A DNA stretch of 64,000 nt, taken from positions 2,056,642 through 2,120,641 of the forward strand of contig CBDCBK010000010.1 in the NCBI GenBank assembly GCA_965214265.1, written 5' to 3'. The stretch is from Acidimicrobiia bacterium. GTDB lineage: Bacteria > Actinomycetota > Acidimicrobiia > Spongiisociales > ZC4RG35. Below, one piece after another: positions 1 to 8,709 of this stretch (position 1 is its first letter; each line of letters begins with the position of its first letter). The translations under genes and the position numbers were made by a program. The notes under the pieces were generated by a model. That model made no database searches and was not told where the DNA came from. It was given only the letters and a program-made list of their open reading frames with translations.

Positions 1-727
1 CACGGTGAACCTGGCGACAGAACACCGCACCGAGACCCTCGAAGCCCTTTCGGAACTGGTCCGAAACGAGGTCAATGTCCGGTCGCTCCGGGTGGTGAGC
101 GGCGAAGAGGCGACCGTGGAACTCTCGGCCAAAGCCGACTTCCGCCGGTTGGGTCCCCGGCTGGGCGCCCGCACCCCGGAGACGGCCCGCGCCATAGAAG
201 ACCTCGACAAAACCGATATTCAACGTCTCCTGGATGGTGAGACCATTGAGGTGGCCGGAACAGAAATCACCGGCGAGGACGTGGTGGTGCGCCGCCGGGC
301 GCCGGAAGGAACCGCCATCATCGTCGAGGACGATCTCACCGTCACCCTGGACGTCAACCTGACCGAAGAGTTGATAACCGAAGGAATCGCCCGTGAAATC
401 ACCGCCCGTCTCCAACAACTGCGGCGGGAAACAAAGCTGCAGATCACCGACCGCATCTCTCTGACCTGGGAGTCTCATCATCCGGCGGTGGTAACCGCCA
501 TGGAGGCTCACGGAAAGATGATCGCCGAGGAGTTATTGGCGACCGCATGGAGGAGAGGACCGGCCGAAACCACCCTGGTGGTGGGGGACTACCCTCTTTC
601 GGTTACGACCCCTCAGCCGCCGGAGAGGGATGACCTCAAAGCAGGCCGCGGATCTGGGAGGCGGCTGCGTCCAATTCCGCCATGTGGTCGTCCATGGCGC
701 CGGGCAGGCCGGTCAGGGTCGACTTGA
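1..727 (+). CDS. ileS: Isoleucine--tRNA ligase, C-terminal part (5'-truncated by window edge)
   Basis: ELVRNEVNVR, LGPRLG and EGIAREITARLQQLRRETKLQITDRI are typical of the type-2 IleRS C-terminus; ileS commonly lies next to divIVA. True 3' end may be about 633 (see findings). Confidence 0.85.
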   Translation, partial: TVNLATEHRTETLEALSELVRNEVNVRSLRVVSGEEATVELSAKADFRRLGPRLGARTPETARAIEDLDKTDIQRLLDGETIEVAGTEITGEDVVVRRRAPEGTAIIVEDDLTVTLDVNLTEELITEGIAREITARLQQLRRETKLQITDRISLTWESHHPAVVTAMEAHGKMIAEELLATAWRRGPAETTLVVGDYPLSVTTPQPPERDDLKAGRGSGRRLRPIPPCGRPWRRAGRSGST

Positions 728-1151
728 CCACTGACATCACTATCCGATAGCGCTCGATCTCGGCCAGCATGAGCTGAGCCGCCCGTTCTCTCCTGCGATC
801 CAGCTCACCAAGTTCGAGGGGAGAGACACCCGGTTCTCCACCCGCCGACGCGTCGGCGGCCTCCTTGCGAGCGGCGGACACCAATTGGGATGCGCTCTCC
901 TGTGCCTCATCGATGATGCGGCGCGCCTCGGCGCGTGCCTGTGACAACACCCGGGCAGCCTCCCCATGCTCAGCTGCGGGGGGCCGGCTCTTAACCTCGG
1001 CGATTATCCGGTCCCGTTCAGCTAAGAGCTCCTCATGCTCTTTGAGGGAGAGCGTGACCTCGTCCAAGAACTCGTCCACTTCCTCGAGGTCATAACCGCG
1101 CAAAGCGGTGCGGAAGAACTTTTCCTGGATGTCGTCAGGAGTGAGGGGCAT
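636..1151 (-). CDS. divIVA: DivIVA domain protein
   Basis: N-terminal MPLTPDDIQEKFFRTALRGYDLEEVDEFLD is the DivIVA motif, followed by coiled coil; last gene of the dcw cluster. Confidence 0.9.
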   Translation of the reverse strand: MPLTPDDIQEKFFRTALRGYDLEEVDEFLDEVTLSLKEHEELLAERDRIIAEVKSRPPAAEHGEAARVLSQARAEARRIIDEAQESASQLVSAARKEAADASAGGEPGVSPLELGELDRRRERAAQLMLAEIERYRIVMSVVKSTLTGLPGAMDDHMAELDAAASQIRGLL

Positions 1152-1186
1152 GTCGAAACCGATCTCTAGACCTATGCGCAGACCTG

Positions 1187-1214
1187 ATTATAAATCGCCG
1201 TGACGCTAAGCCAA
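1187..1214 (-). promoter_or_regulatory. Putative sigma70-type promoter for divIVA
   Basis: Minus strand reads TTGGCT-N16-TATAAT, ending about 35 nt upstream of the divIVA ATG. Confidence 0.45.
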
Positions 1215-1266
1215 CGATCCCCCGCACTGGGCACCCGATGCAGCTCCCAGAGAGTGCCGGCAGCGC

Positions 1267-1524
1267 TCAGCAGAAAATGCGCTGCAGCAGGTAGATAGAC
1301 ACAAACAGCGCAAAGGGAGAAAGATCGACGCCCACCGTTCCCACCCGAAGCGGCGGCATGATGTTGCGAAAGGGCCTCAGCATAGGATTGAGCAGCCGAT
1401 CAAAGAACTCTTTGGCGGATCGCAACGGGTGACCGGCGGTGGTGGGAATCCAACTGAGCACCACCCAGATCAGCACCGCCCAGCTCGCCAGGTCGAGCAA
1501 TGAGCAGAGAATCCCGCTCAGCAT
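1267..1524 (-). CDS. yggT: YggT family membrane protein
   Basis: 85 aa, two hydrophobic segments, LSWIP...PMLRPFR...VDLSP motif; follows sepF. Confidence 0.9.
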   Translation of the reverse strand: MLSGILCSLLDLASWAVLIWVVLSWIPTTAGHPLRSAKEFFDRLLNPMLRPFRNIMPPLRVGTVGVDLSPFALFVSIYLLQRIFC

Positions 1525-1548
1525 CCCAGACCTACCATCTTCACTTGG

Positions 1549-2058
1549 TCAGGTGCTCGGATCGGACGGCCACATCCCGATCTTGGCCAACCTGGATTGT
1601 TCGCTCGAGGAAACAGTGACCCCCGGGGGGATGACCAGCACCAATCCGTCACCCACCTGAGAAACCTCGCCCTGGTTGTAGCTGACCAGCCCGGTGGCGT
1701 AGTAAACAACCCCCTGGGCAACCTCCGAGGAGAGGAAGCGCAAATCCAGCATCACCGGAACGCTCGCTTTGTACCAGGAAGTGAGATGCGGGCAATCCCC
1801 GAAGCTGTCCACCTGCAGAACTTCCGTCTCGACATCAAGAGAAGAGGGCATCGAACGATCCCTCGAAAACCTGGCTACCTCCGCTCGCACTACCGAGGCG
1901 CTGTGCGAATCGGAAGGCTTGTTGGGGATCAGACGGACATTGCCCGAAGAAGTGGGGCGGGTCTCCGACAGGGGCGAGACCGGAGAAGACGCCCAGGCGT
2001 CCTCTTCTTCCACCAAGCCCAGGAAGTCCCAGACTCTCCCCATGAAATTCTCGCTCAT
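1549..2058 (-). CDS. sepF: Cell division protein SepF (divergent)
   Basis: Amphipathic N-terminus (WDFLGL), C-terminal PVMLDL...ATGL...LVIP resembling the SepF core; located between yggS and yggT. Confidence 0.75.
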   Translation of the reverse strand: MSENFMGRVWDFLGLVEEEDAWASSPVSPLSETRPTSSGNVRLIPNKPSDSHSASVVRAEVARFSRDRSMPSSLDVETEVLQVDSFGDCPHLTSWYKASVPVMLDLRFLSSEVAQGVVYYATGLVSYNQGEVSQVGDGLVLVIPPGVTVSSSEQSRLAKIGMWPSDPST

Positions 2059-2708
2059 GATCCTTCACCAAAAATAGCCCGACCCACCCTCACCATGGTA
2101 GCCCCCTCCTCAACTGCTATCTCGTAATCCTCAGTCATCCCCATCGAAAGATCCCCCATCCCCCGAAACCGGACACCGAGGCGCTCAGACAACTCGCGAA
2201 GCTCACAGAAATAGCGCCGGGCATCCTCGGGATCGTCTATCCGAGGGGCCATGGCCATCAACCCGCGCACCTCAACTCCCTCTTTTTGGGCCAATTCCAC
2301 CAACTCCTCGACCTGCCCGGGTGCCGCCCCATGCTTTTGAGGCTCACCCCCGATGTTTACCTGCGCCAAAGCCGGAACCTGGCCGGGGGCGTTCCTGGCC
2401 CATGCCCTCACCAGCTTCGGCCGATCCAAAGAGTGCAAAAGGTGCACCGCGGCCCGCACACTGTTCACCTTGTTGGTTTGGAGAGGACCCACAAAATGCC
2501 ACCGCACGTCGTCAGGAAGCTCTCCCACTTTTGACGCCAGTTCCTGTGCCCGGTTCTCCCCGAAGTCTCTCACACCCTGATCGTAGAGTTCGCTGATCTG
2601 TCCAATGTCCCGACCCTTGGTCACCACTATCAAGGTTACCTCATCTGGATTGCGCCCCGCCCTCCTCGCCGCCGCGGACACCCGCTCTGAAACCATCTGG
2701 TAGCTCAT
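2055..2708 (-). CDS. yggS: YggS family PLP homeostasis protein
   Basis: LIVVTK, FGENRAQE, WHFVGPLQTNK, LSMGM, VRVGRAIFG motifs; ATG 2708 overlaps pgeF stop (ATGA). Confidence 0.95.
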   Translation of the reverse strand: MSYQMVSERVSAAARRAGRNPDEVTLIVVTKGRDIGQISELYDQGVRDFGENRAQELASKVGELPDDVRWHFVGPLQTNKVNSVRAAVHLLHSLDRPKLVRAWARNAPGQVPALAQVNIGGEPQKHGAAPGQVEELVELAQKEGVEVRGLMAMAPRIDDPEDARRYFCELRELSERLGVRFRGMGDLSMGMTEDYEIAVEEGATMVRVGRAIFGEGS

Positions 2709-3331
2709 CGCGGAATCCAACCGACCGCCGCCATTCTCCCAGAGGTGCGATCACGACGATATGAGAAACAGCCCGGATGGTGAACGGTGCACCTCTCCGA
2801 CCACCAGGTCGGAAGGTCCCCGAGTTGTTCGGCGAGCGCCCCGCCCAAATCAACGGAGGGTTTGCCCTGCCGGGAAAGGGCGCCCTGTCGGAGAAACCGG
2901 CGGGCCACCTCAGGCCCCACTTCGAAGCAACAGGGCCCGATAAACGGGCCGACCGCCGCCCAGGCCGGCGCCACTCGGACGGATCGCATTGCCTTCATCA
3001 AGGAAGCCACTACTCCCGCGGATACACCCCGCCATCCGGCATGGGCCACTCCGACACCCCCTTTTCCGCCTACCACCACCCCGGCGCAATCGGCGGCCAT
3101 GACCGCCACTACAAGCCCGGCCACCCTGGTAAACAGCGCGTCCGCCTCTTTTTCCACCAGACCCGGCCCGCCCACCTCCACCACCCGGGTCCCATGCACC
3201 TGGCGTACGGTGGCCCAGTCCGAAGAGATGCCCAATTTCAAAGAGATGCTCTCTCTCATCGCCGGGTTTTTTTGATCTCCATCGGCCTTCAGGGTGAAAG
3301 CCGCCCCCGGCCTCTGAAGGGGTCGGATCAT
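2705..3331 (-). CDS. pgeF: PgeF/YfiH polyphenol oxidase-like protein
   Basis: QVHG, ADAL, ADC, AHAGWRG, IGPCCFEVG, FSYRR motifs; directly after ftsZ. Confidence 0.92.
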   Translation of the reverse strand: MIRPLQRPGAAFTLKADGDQKNPAMRESISLKLGISSDWATVRQVHGTRVVEVGGPGLVEKEADALFTRVAGLVVAVMAADCAGVVVGGKGGVGVAHAGWRGVSAGVVASLMKAMRSVRVAPAWAAVGPFIGPCCFEVGPEVARRFLRQGALSRQGKPSVDLGGALAEQLGDLPTWWSERCTVHHPGCFSYRRDRTSGRMAAVGWIPR

Positions 3332-4404
3332 GTTTTCCTGGAGCTGGAGGTCGGGATATCAAAAACAATCCCCGAACCTGGAGTGCTCCCGCTCAAACTG
3401 GAAGCTCTCCCACCCGAAGGGCTCGCCATCGAGCGATGGGCCAACAACCGATCAAATCCCGCCGCGATCACCGTAACCTGCATTTCCTCACCCAGATCAT
3501 CGTTGATGATGGCCCCGAAAATTATGTTGGCGTCGTCGGAGGCCAACTCGGTTATGGTCTCGGCAGCCTGATGCGCCTCGTGAAGAGTCATATCGCGAGA
3601 GCCCGCCACCGACAACAGTATCCCCGATGCCCCTTCCATGCTGATCTCCAGGAGAGGGCTGGAAATAGCCCGCTTGGCGGCCTGCAGGGCGCGGTCTTCT
3701 CCGCGAGCCCTTCCCACTCCCAACACAGCGGATCCTCCATCGGCCATCACCGTCTTGACATCGGCGAAGTCGACATTGATCAGACCGGTGGTGTTGATCA
3801 TGTTGGTGATCCCCGACACTCCGTCCATTAGCACCTCGTCGGCCAACCTGAAAGTGTCATTGATGGGCGCGGAGGGATCAGCAACTTCCAGCAGACGATC
3901 ATTGGGGACCACCACCAGGGTATCCACTTGCTCCCGTAGTTCGCTGATTCCCTTCTCGGCGATCGTCGACCGCACCCGGCCCTCGAATCCGAACGGTCGC
4001 GTCACTATCCCGATGGTCAAAGCGCCCAGGTTGCGGGCCGCCTCAGCCACCACGGGAGCTGCTCCGGTTCCGGTACCACCTCCCTCGCCGCAGGTTACGA
4101 ACACCATGTCAGCTCCCCGCAACATGTCCTCTATCTCGTCGCGATGCGCCTCGGCGGCCTTCCGGCCCACGTCGGGATCGGCCCCTGCTCCCAGGCCCTT
4201 GGTGAACTCCCCCCCAATTTCCAGCTTGACCATGGCGTCGGAGGCCATCAGGGACTGCGCATCGGTGTTCAGCACCACGAATTCCACCCCCTGCAAACCC
4301 GCTTCGATCATCCGGTTTATCGCGTTGACTCCCGCTCCGCCCACTCCGATCACTTTTAACACCGCCACATAGGCGCTGGCTGGCTCCCAAATGATATCTT
4401 GCAT
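3328..4404 (-). CDS. ftsZ: Cell division protein FtsZ
   Basis: GVGGAGVNA, GLGAGADP, GGGTGTG tubulin signature, INVDFADV. Confidence 0.98.
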   Translation of the reverse strand: MQDIIWEPASAYVAVLKVIGVGGAGVNAINRMIEAGLQGVEFVVLNTDAQSLMASDAMVKLEIGGEFTKGLGAGADPDVGRKAAEAHRDEIEDMLRGADMVFVTCGEGGGTGTGAAPVVAEAARNLGALTIGIVTRPFGFEGRVRSTIAEKGISELREQVDTLVVVPNDRLLEVADPSAPINDTFRLADEVLMDGVSGITNMINTTGLINVDFADVKTVMADGGSAVLGVGRARGEDRALQAAKRAISSPLLEISMEGASGILLSVAGSRDMTLHEAHQAAETITELASDDANIIFGAIINDDLGEEMQVTVIAAGFDRLLAHRSMASPSGGRASSLSGSTPGSGIVFDIPTSSSRKT

Positions 4405-4430
4405 TGGCTCGCCCCTTTATAGGAAAATTT

Positions 4431-4505
4431 TAAGGTTTAACCAGAAGGTTGATGGATAAGAATATAAAAGTCAAATTAAGAATATAACCTTCAACTAGAA
4501 GCTGA
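4431..4505. promoter_or_regulatory. AT-rich ftsZ upstream region with repeated operator-like motifs
   Basis: TAAGAATATAA at 4457-4467 and 4477-4487, flanked by two similar boxes at 4431-4452 and 4485-4505. Confidence 0.5.
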
Positions 4506-4514
4506 GACAGGGCC

Positions 4515-5360
4515 TCAGCCGGCCGTATCTCGATAGACCGCTGGGCGGAGGGGTGAGAACAGATTGATAACCGAGCCAGGGTCGGTGTAGTCGTCTATGA
4601 GCACTACCAACACGTTGGCTTTTTCTTCCAGATCCGAGGCCCTCCCCAGCCTGACAATCCGCTTCGCCACCTCGGCGGTGACCTGTTGGCCATGGATTTC
4701 TATTACCGCGCCCAGACGAAGATCGGACCGCAGATCCTCCACAAAGCTCAGGGCCGGCCCGATCCAGGGATTGGAGAGATCCAAAACCGCACCGGCCAGC
4801 CCGGTGATACGGGGCATTACTTGCTCCAGGTCCACATCAAGCACCACACCGTCGAGCGAAAGCGCCCGCCATCCCTTACCCGTAAGCACCCATGCCACCG
4901 GATACCGTTCCTCCACTGTTATCCACACCGTGTTGGGCCACTCCTTTTGCACCTCGACCGTTGCTACCCACGGGTCCAAAAGCACCGCTTCCCGCACCGA
5001 TTCGGTTTCCACCGAAAACATCGGGATGCCATCGATGAGTCCTCCGCGCAAAGCCCTTTCCGAAGCGGTGGAAGTGACCTCTCCGCTCACCATCACCTCC
5101 TGCACCGCCAGATGGGGAGAATGGAGCAGCCATATCCCCAAACCCAGCACCGCCATCACCGACAGCAGCCAAATAGCCCGTTTGATTGCCCGGCGTTCCT
5201 CCTTTTCGCGAACTCTTTGCGCTCGCTCCGCTATGCGGGGATCGACCGCCGTCCCAGCCCTCACCCCTTTTTTTCTATTGACCGAAAGAACGGACAAACG
5301 CTCTTTCCACCGACCTCTCCGGACCGCTTCGCCCTGTTCTATCAGGCCCTTTCCTTTCAA
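4515..5360 (-). CDS. ftsQ: Cell division protein FtsQ/DivIB
   Basis: Single TM helix, then POTRA domain (PWVATVEVQKEWPNTVWITVEERYP); between murB and ftsZ. Confidence 0.9.
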   Translation of the reverse strand: MKGKGLIEQGEAVRRGRWKERLSVLSVNRKKGVRAGTAVDPRIAERAQRVREKEERRAIKRAIWLLSVMAVLGLGIWLLHSPHLAVQEVMVSGEVTSTASERALRGGLIDGIPMFSVETESVREAVLLDPWVATVEVQKEWPNTVWITVEERYPVAWVLTGKGWRALSLDGVVLDVDLEQVMPRITGLAGAVLDLSNPWIGPALSFVEDLRSDLRLGAVIEIHGQQVTAEVAKRIVRLGRASDLEEKANVLVVLIDDYTDPGSVINLFSPLRPAVYRDTAG

Positions 5361-6268
5361 GCTGTCACCTCCCCGGTGGAGAACCCCACGAATCTCACTT
5401 CGGGCTCCAAGTCGACTCCGGTCTTGGTCCGTACCCGCCGACGCACCTCAGTCACCAGCCGGCGAACATCCTCGGCCGTGGCGTCGGCGCCGGCCACGAA
5501 GAAGTTGGCGTGCTTTTCGGAGACCGAGACATCCCCGATCCTCATCCCTTTCAGACCCAGGGCGTCTATCAGTCGCCCGGCCGCGTCGCCAGGGGGATTC
5601 TTGAACACGCTTCCCGCGTTGAGGGTTCCTCCCGGCTGATGGATACGACGCCAGCGGGTGATCTGCCGGATCTGCTCCAACCCCTTCGCCGGTTCACCCG
5701 ATGTGAACCGAAACCACGCTCTGGTGATCACCTGGGAAGGCTTCACTGCCGAGCCTCTGTACCGAAGGCACAGTGTTTCGGGAGCGGCAAGGTACAGCTC
5801 CCCGGTGTCAAGATCGAATATCTCCACTTCTTCCAACACATCCACCATCTCTGTTCCCTGACAGCCGGCGTTTTGGTACACACCCCCTCCCACCGTCCCG
5901 GGAATGCCCACCATGAACTCGAGTCCCAGCCGACCCTCCCCAACCGCTGAGCGGGCCAACCGGGGAAGTCCCACTCCCCCTCCGGCCTCTACCCGGTCGG
6001 CCGGATGCCGGATAGAAAGAAAATCTCCCACCAGCCGGATCACCAACCCCTCATAACCCTCATCGGCGATGATCACATTGCTGCCCTTGCCCAGCACCAG
6101 GACATCTCCGGAGCCGGCCTGTGCGCCCGCCAATGCCGAAAGTTGCCCGTACTCACCGACTTCGGCATACCAGCGGGCGGCGCCGCCCAGCTTGTAGGTG
6201 GTGAGCGCGTTCAACCGCACCTCCGTGCGCACCAGTCCCCGAGCGATCAAATCCTGCCAGTCACTCAC
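5357..6268 (-). CDS. murB: UDP-N-acetylmuramate dehydrogenase
   Basis: LGKGSNV, GIPGTVGG, NAG, AGSVFKNP, SEKHANF, LEPEV motifs. Confidence 0.97.
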   Translation of the reverse strand: MSDWQDLIARGLVRTEVRLNALTTYKLGGAARWYAEVGEYGQLSALAGAQAGSGDVLVLGKGSNVIIADEGYEGLVIRLVGDFLSIRHPADRVEAGGGVGLPRLARSAVGEGRLGLEFMVGIPGTVGGGVYQNAGCQGTEMVDVLEEVEIFDLDTGELYLAAPETLCLRYRGSAVKPSQVITRAWFRFTSGEPAKGLEQIRQITRWRRIHQPGGTLNAGSVFKNPPGDAAGRLIDALGLKGMRIGDVSVSEKHANFFVAGADATAEDVRRLVTEVRRRVRTKTGVDLEPEVRFVGFSTGEVTA

Positions 6269-7637
6269 GATTCTCCTCTTCGGCCAGGAGTGATAGCAGT
6301 TCGGTGGGAACCACCGTTATATCGCCCGCCCCCATGGCCACCACCAAATCGCCCTCCTCCAACCGGGGAGCGACGCTTTTCGCCACCTCGGAGCGGTGGG
6401 GAAAGTACTCCACGGCTCTCCCTCCGGCGCGGCGGGCGGCGGCCGCCACCAGCTCTCCGGTTACGCCCGGCCGGGGTTCTTCCCGGGCGCCGTAGACATC
6501 GGTCACCACCACCCGGTCGGCCAGGGAAAGCGCCGCTCCCAACCCGGTGAACATCTGAGCGGTCCGCGAATATAGGTGCGGCTGAAAAATCGCCCAGACC
6601 CGCCGATGTCCCGACCCCAGGGCGGCCCGCAAGGTAGCGGCGACCTCGGAAGGATGATGGGCATAGTCGTCGATGACGGTCACCCCTCTCACCAATCCGC
6701 GGTGCTCATAGCGGCGGTGCACCCCGCGATAGCGGAAGATGCCTTCCACCGCCCGGTCGAGGTCGAGACCCATCTCCCCGCACAAAGCCAAAACCCCCGC
6801 TGCGTTCCGAGCCATGTGGACGCCAGGAAAGGGAACCCATACCTTCCGGGAGGACCCGGCGCCGGCCAGCCGGAAAGAGACCCGGCCGGCCTCCTCGGAT
6901 AGATCGGTGATCCTCCAGTGGGCGTCGTCTGACAGCCCGAATCCCAATAACCCCGCCCGCTCCGCCACCCGGCGGGCGCCCGGGTCGTCGATACCCGCCA
7001 CCACCGGGCCGTCCACTCCCCGTGCGACCCGGACGAAGCTCGATTCCAGGTTGTCCACCGTGTCGAAGTGATCCAGATGTTCGGCCTCCACGTTGGTGAT
7101 CACCAATCCCCGCAGGTTGACCTGTTCAAAAGTGCGAAAGGCCTCGTCCACCTCCAGCACCAGCCACGGATCAGCGCCGCGGGCGGCGTTGGTTCCCAAA
7201 CCGATGATATTTTCGCCCACCATGAAGCTGGGATTCTCACCGGCCGCCCGGGCGGCTTCCACCAACATGGCCGCCGAAGAGGTCTTGCCATGAGTGCCGG
7301 TGGGTCCCACGGTGGGCACATCGGCGCTCATGGCCGCCAACAGCCGGGGACGCCTCCACACCTCCACCCCCGCCCGGCGGGCGGCCACCACCTCGGGGTC
7401 CTGATCGGGAACCGCCGAGGAGATCACCACCAACTCGGCTTGGGCCACCCGCTCTGGACGGTGTCCCGACCAAACCTCCACCCCTATTTCAGAGAGAGCG
7501 TCCAACCGGGAGGAGCGGCGGATGTCCGATCCGGTTATCGTCTTGTCCGATTCGGCCAGCAGCTTGGCCAGGCCGCTCATCCCCGCTCCCCCCACGCCCA
7601 CTATGTGGATCCTTTTCTGTCCATCCAAGTCAAACAA
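6261..7637 (-). CDS. murC: UDP-N-acetylmuramate--L-alanine ligase
   Basis: GVGGAGMSGLA, GTHGKT, DDYAHHP, FQPHLYSRT, GAGD. Confidence 0.97.
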   Translation of the reverse strand: MFDLDGQKRIHIVGVGGAGMSGLAKLLAESDKTITGSDIRRSSRLDALSEIGVEVWSGHRPERVAQAELVVISSAVPDQDPEVVAARRAGVEVWRRPRLLAAMSADVPTVGPTGTHGKTSSAAMLVEAARAAGENPSFMVGENIIGLGTNAARGADPWLVLEVDEAFRTFEQVNLRGLVITNVEAEHLDHFDTVDNLESSFVRVARGVDGPVVAGIDDPGARRVAERAGLLGFGLSDDAHWRITDLSEEAGRVSFRLAGAGSSRKVWVPFPGVHMARNAAGVLALCGEMGLDLDRAVEGIFRYRGVHRRYEHRGLVRGVTVIDDYAHHPSEVAATLRAALGSGHRRVWAIFQPHLYSRTAQMFTGLGAALSLADRVVVTDVYGAREEPRPGVTGELVAAAARRAGGRAVEYFPHRSEVAKSVAPRLEEGDLVVAMGAGDITVVPTELLSLLAEEENRE

Positions 7638-8709
7638 GCGCGCTCCTCATTTCTTCGGCTATTCGATCTGCCGCCCGGGGGCTCGAAATCGTCTTGGCGG
7701 CCTGGGCCATCCGACGCCGGCGGGCCGGGTCGGCCAACAGCCGCGCCAACAGCGCGCCCAGGCCCCCAAGTTCCGCTTCGGACAGCGTCACCGCCGCATC
7801 CGCCTCTTCCAGAACCGCGGCGTTGGCCGCCTGGTGGCTGGCCGAACCGAATTCCCCGGGTATCAGCACGGAGGGCAATCCGGCGACGGTGAGTTCTGCC
7901 ACCCCGCCGCCGGCGCGGGCCACCACGAGATCGCAAGCCGAATAGAACAGATCCATCCGCTCTTCGAATCCCACCACCCGCCATCGATGACCACCGGCGG
8001 CGGCCTGTCGGATCATATCCTCCAAATGAGCGGCGCCGGTCAGGTGAACCACCTGAACGGGTTCGGCTTTCCATCCCTCCAGCATCTCACAGACCCCGCG
8101 GTTGATGGCCGCCGCTCCCAGGCTTCCTCCCATCACCCCCACCACGGGAAGCCCTTCGGCCAGGTCGTACCGGCGATAGGCCTCCTTGCGCAGGGAATCC
8201 CGATCGAGTCGGGCGAGGTCGGCCCGTACCGGATTGCCCACCCATTCGGCTTTTTTCAACCCCGAGGTGTGGGGAAAGGAAGCAAAACTCCGAGCAGCCC
8301 ACCGTTCCATAACCCGATTCGCCAGCCCCGCCGCGGCGTTCTGCTCGGAGAGAAAGAACGGGATCCCCTCGGCGCGGGCCGCCCAACCCGCCGGCGCCGC
8401 CACATATCCCCCGGTGGCCAGCATCACCCCCACCCCCCGCTCCGCCAGCTCTCGGCGGATTCGCCTGACCGCCTTCGACACCTTGATCGGAATGGCGAGG
8501 TTGCGCAGGGTGATCCGGCGCGCCAGTCCCTGGAGTGGAACCGACAGGATGCTGAACCCGGCCCGGGGAACCGCGTCCGCTTCCAGGCGGTCCCCCCCGA
8601 TGAACAAAACCTCCGAGCGGGCGACTCCCTGGGAAACCAGCGCCTCGGCGACCGCCAGAGCGGGATAGACGTGCCCGGCGGTCCCGGCGGCGGCAATGGC
8701 GAAGGTCAT
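7630..8709 (-). CDS. murG: Lipid I N-acetylglucosamine transferase
   Basis: GTAGHVYP, TGGYV, EQNA, GNPVR, GGSLGA, HQAANA motifs. Confidence 0.96.
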   Translation of the reverse strand: MTFAIAAAGTAGHVYPALAVAEALVSQGVARSEVLFIGGDRLEADAVPRAGFSILSVPLQGLARRITLRNLAIPIKVSKAVRRIRRELAERGVGVMLATGGYVAAPAGWAARAEGIPFFLSEQNAAAGLANRVMERWAARSFASFPHTSGLKKAEWVGNPVRADLARLDRDSLRKEAYRRYDLAEGLPVVGVMGGSLGAAAINRGVCEMLEGWKAEPVQVVHLTGAAHLEDMIRQAAAGGHRWRVVGFEERMDLFYSACDLVVARAGGGVAELTVAGLPSVLIPGEFGSASHQAANAAVLEEADAAVTLSEAELGGLGALLARLLADPARRRRMAQAAKTISSPRAADRIAEEMRSALV

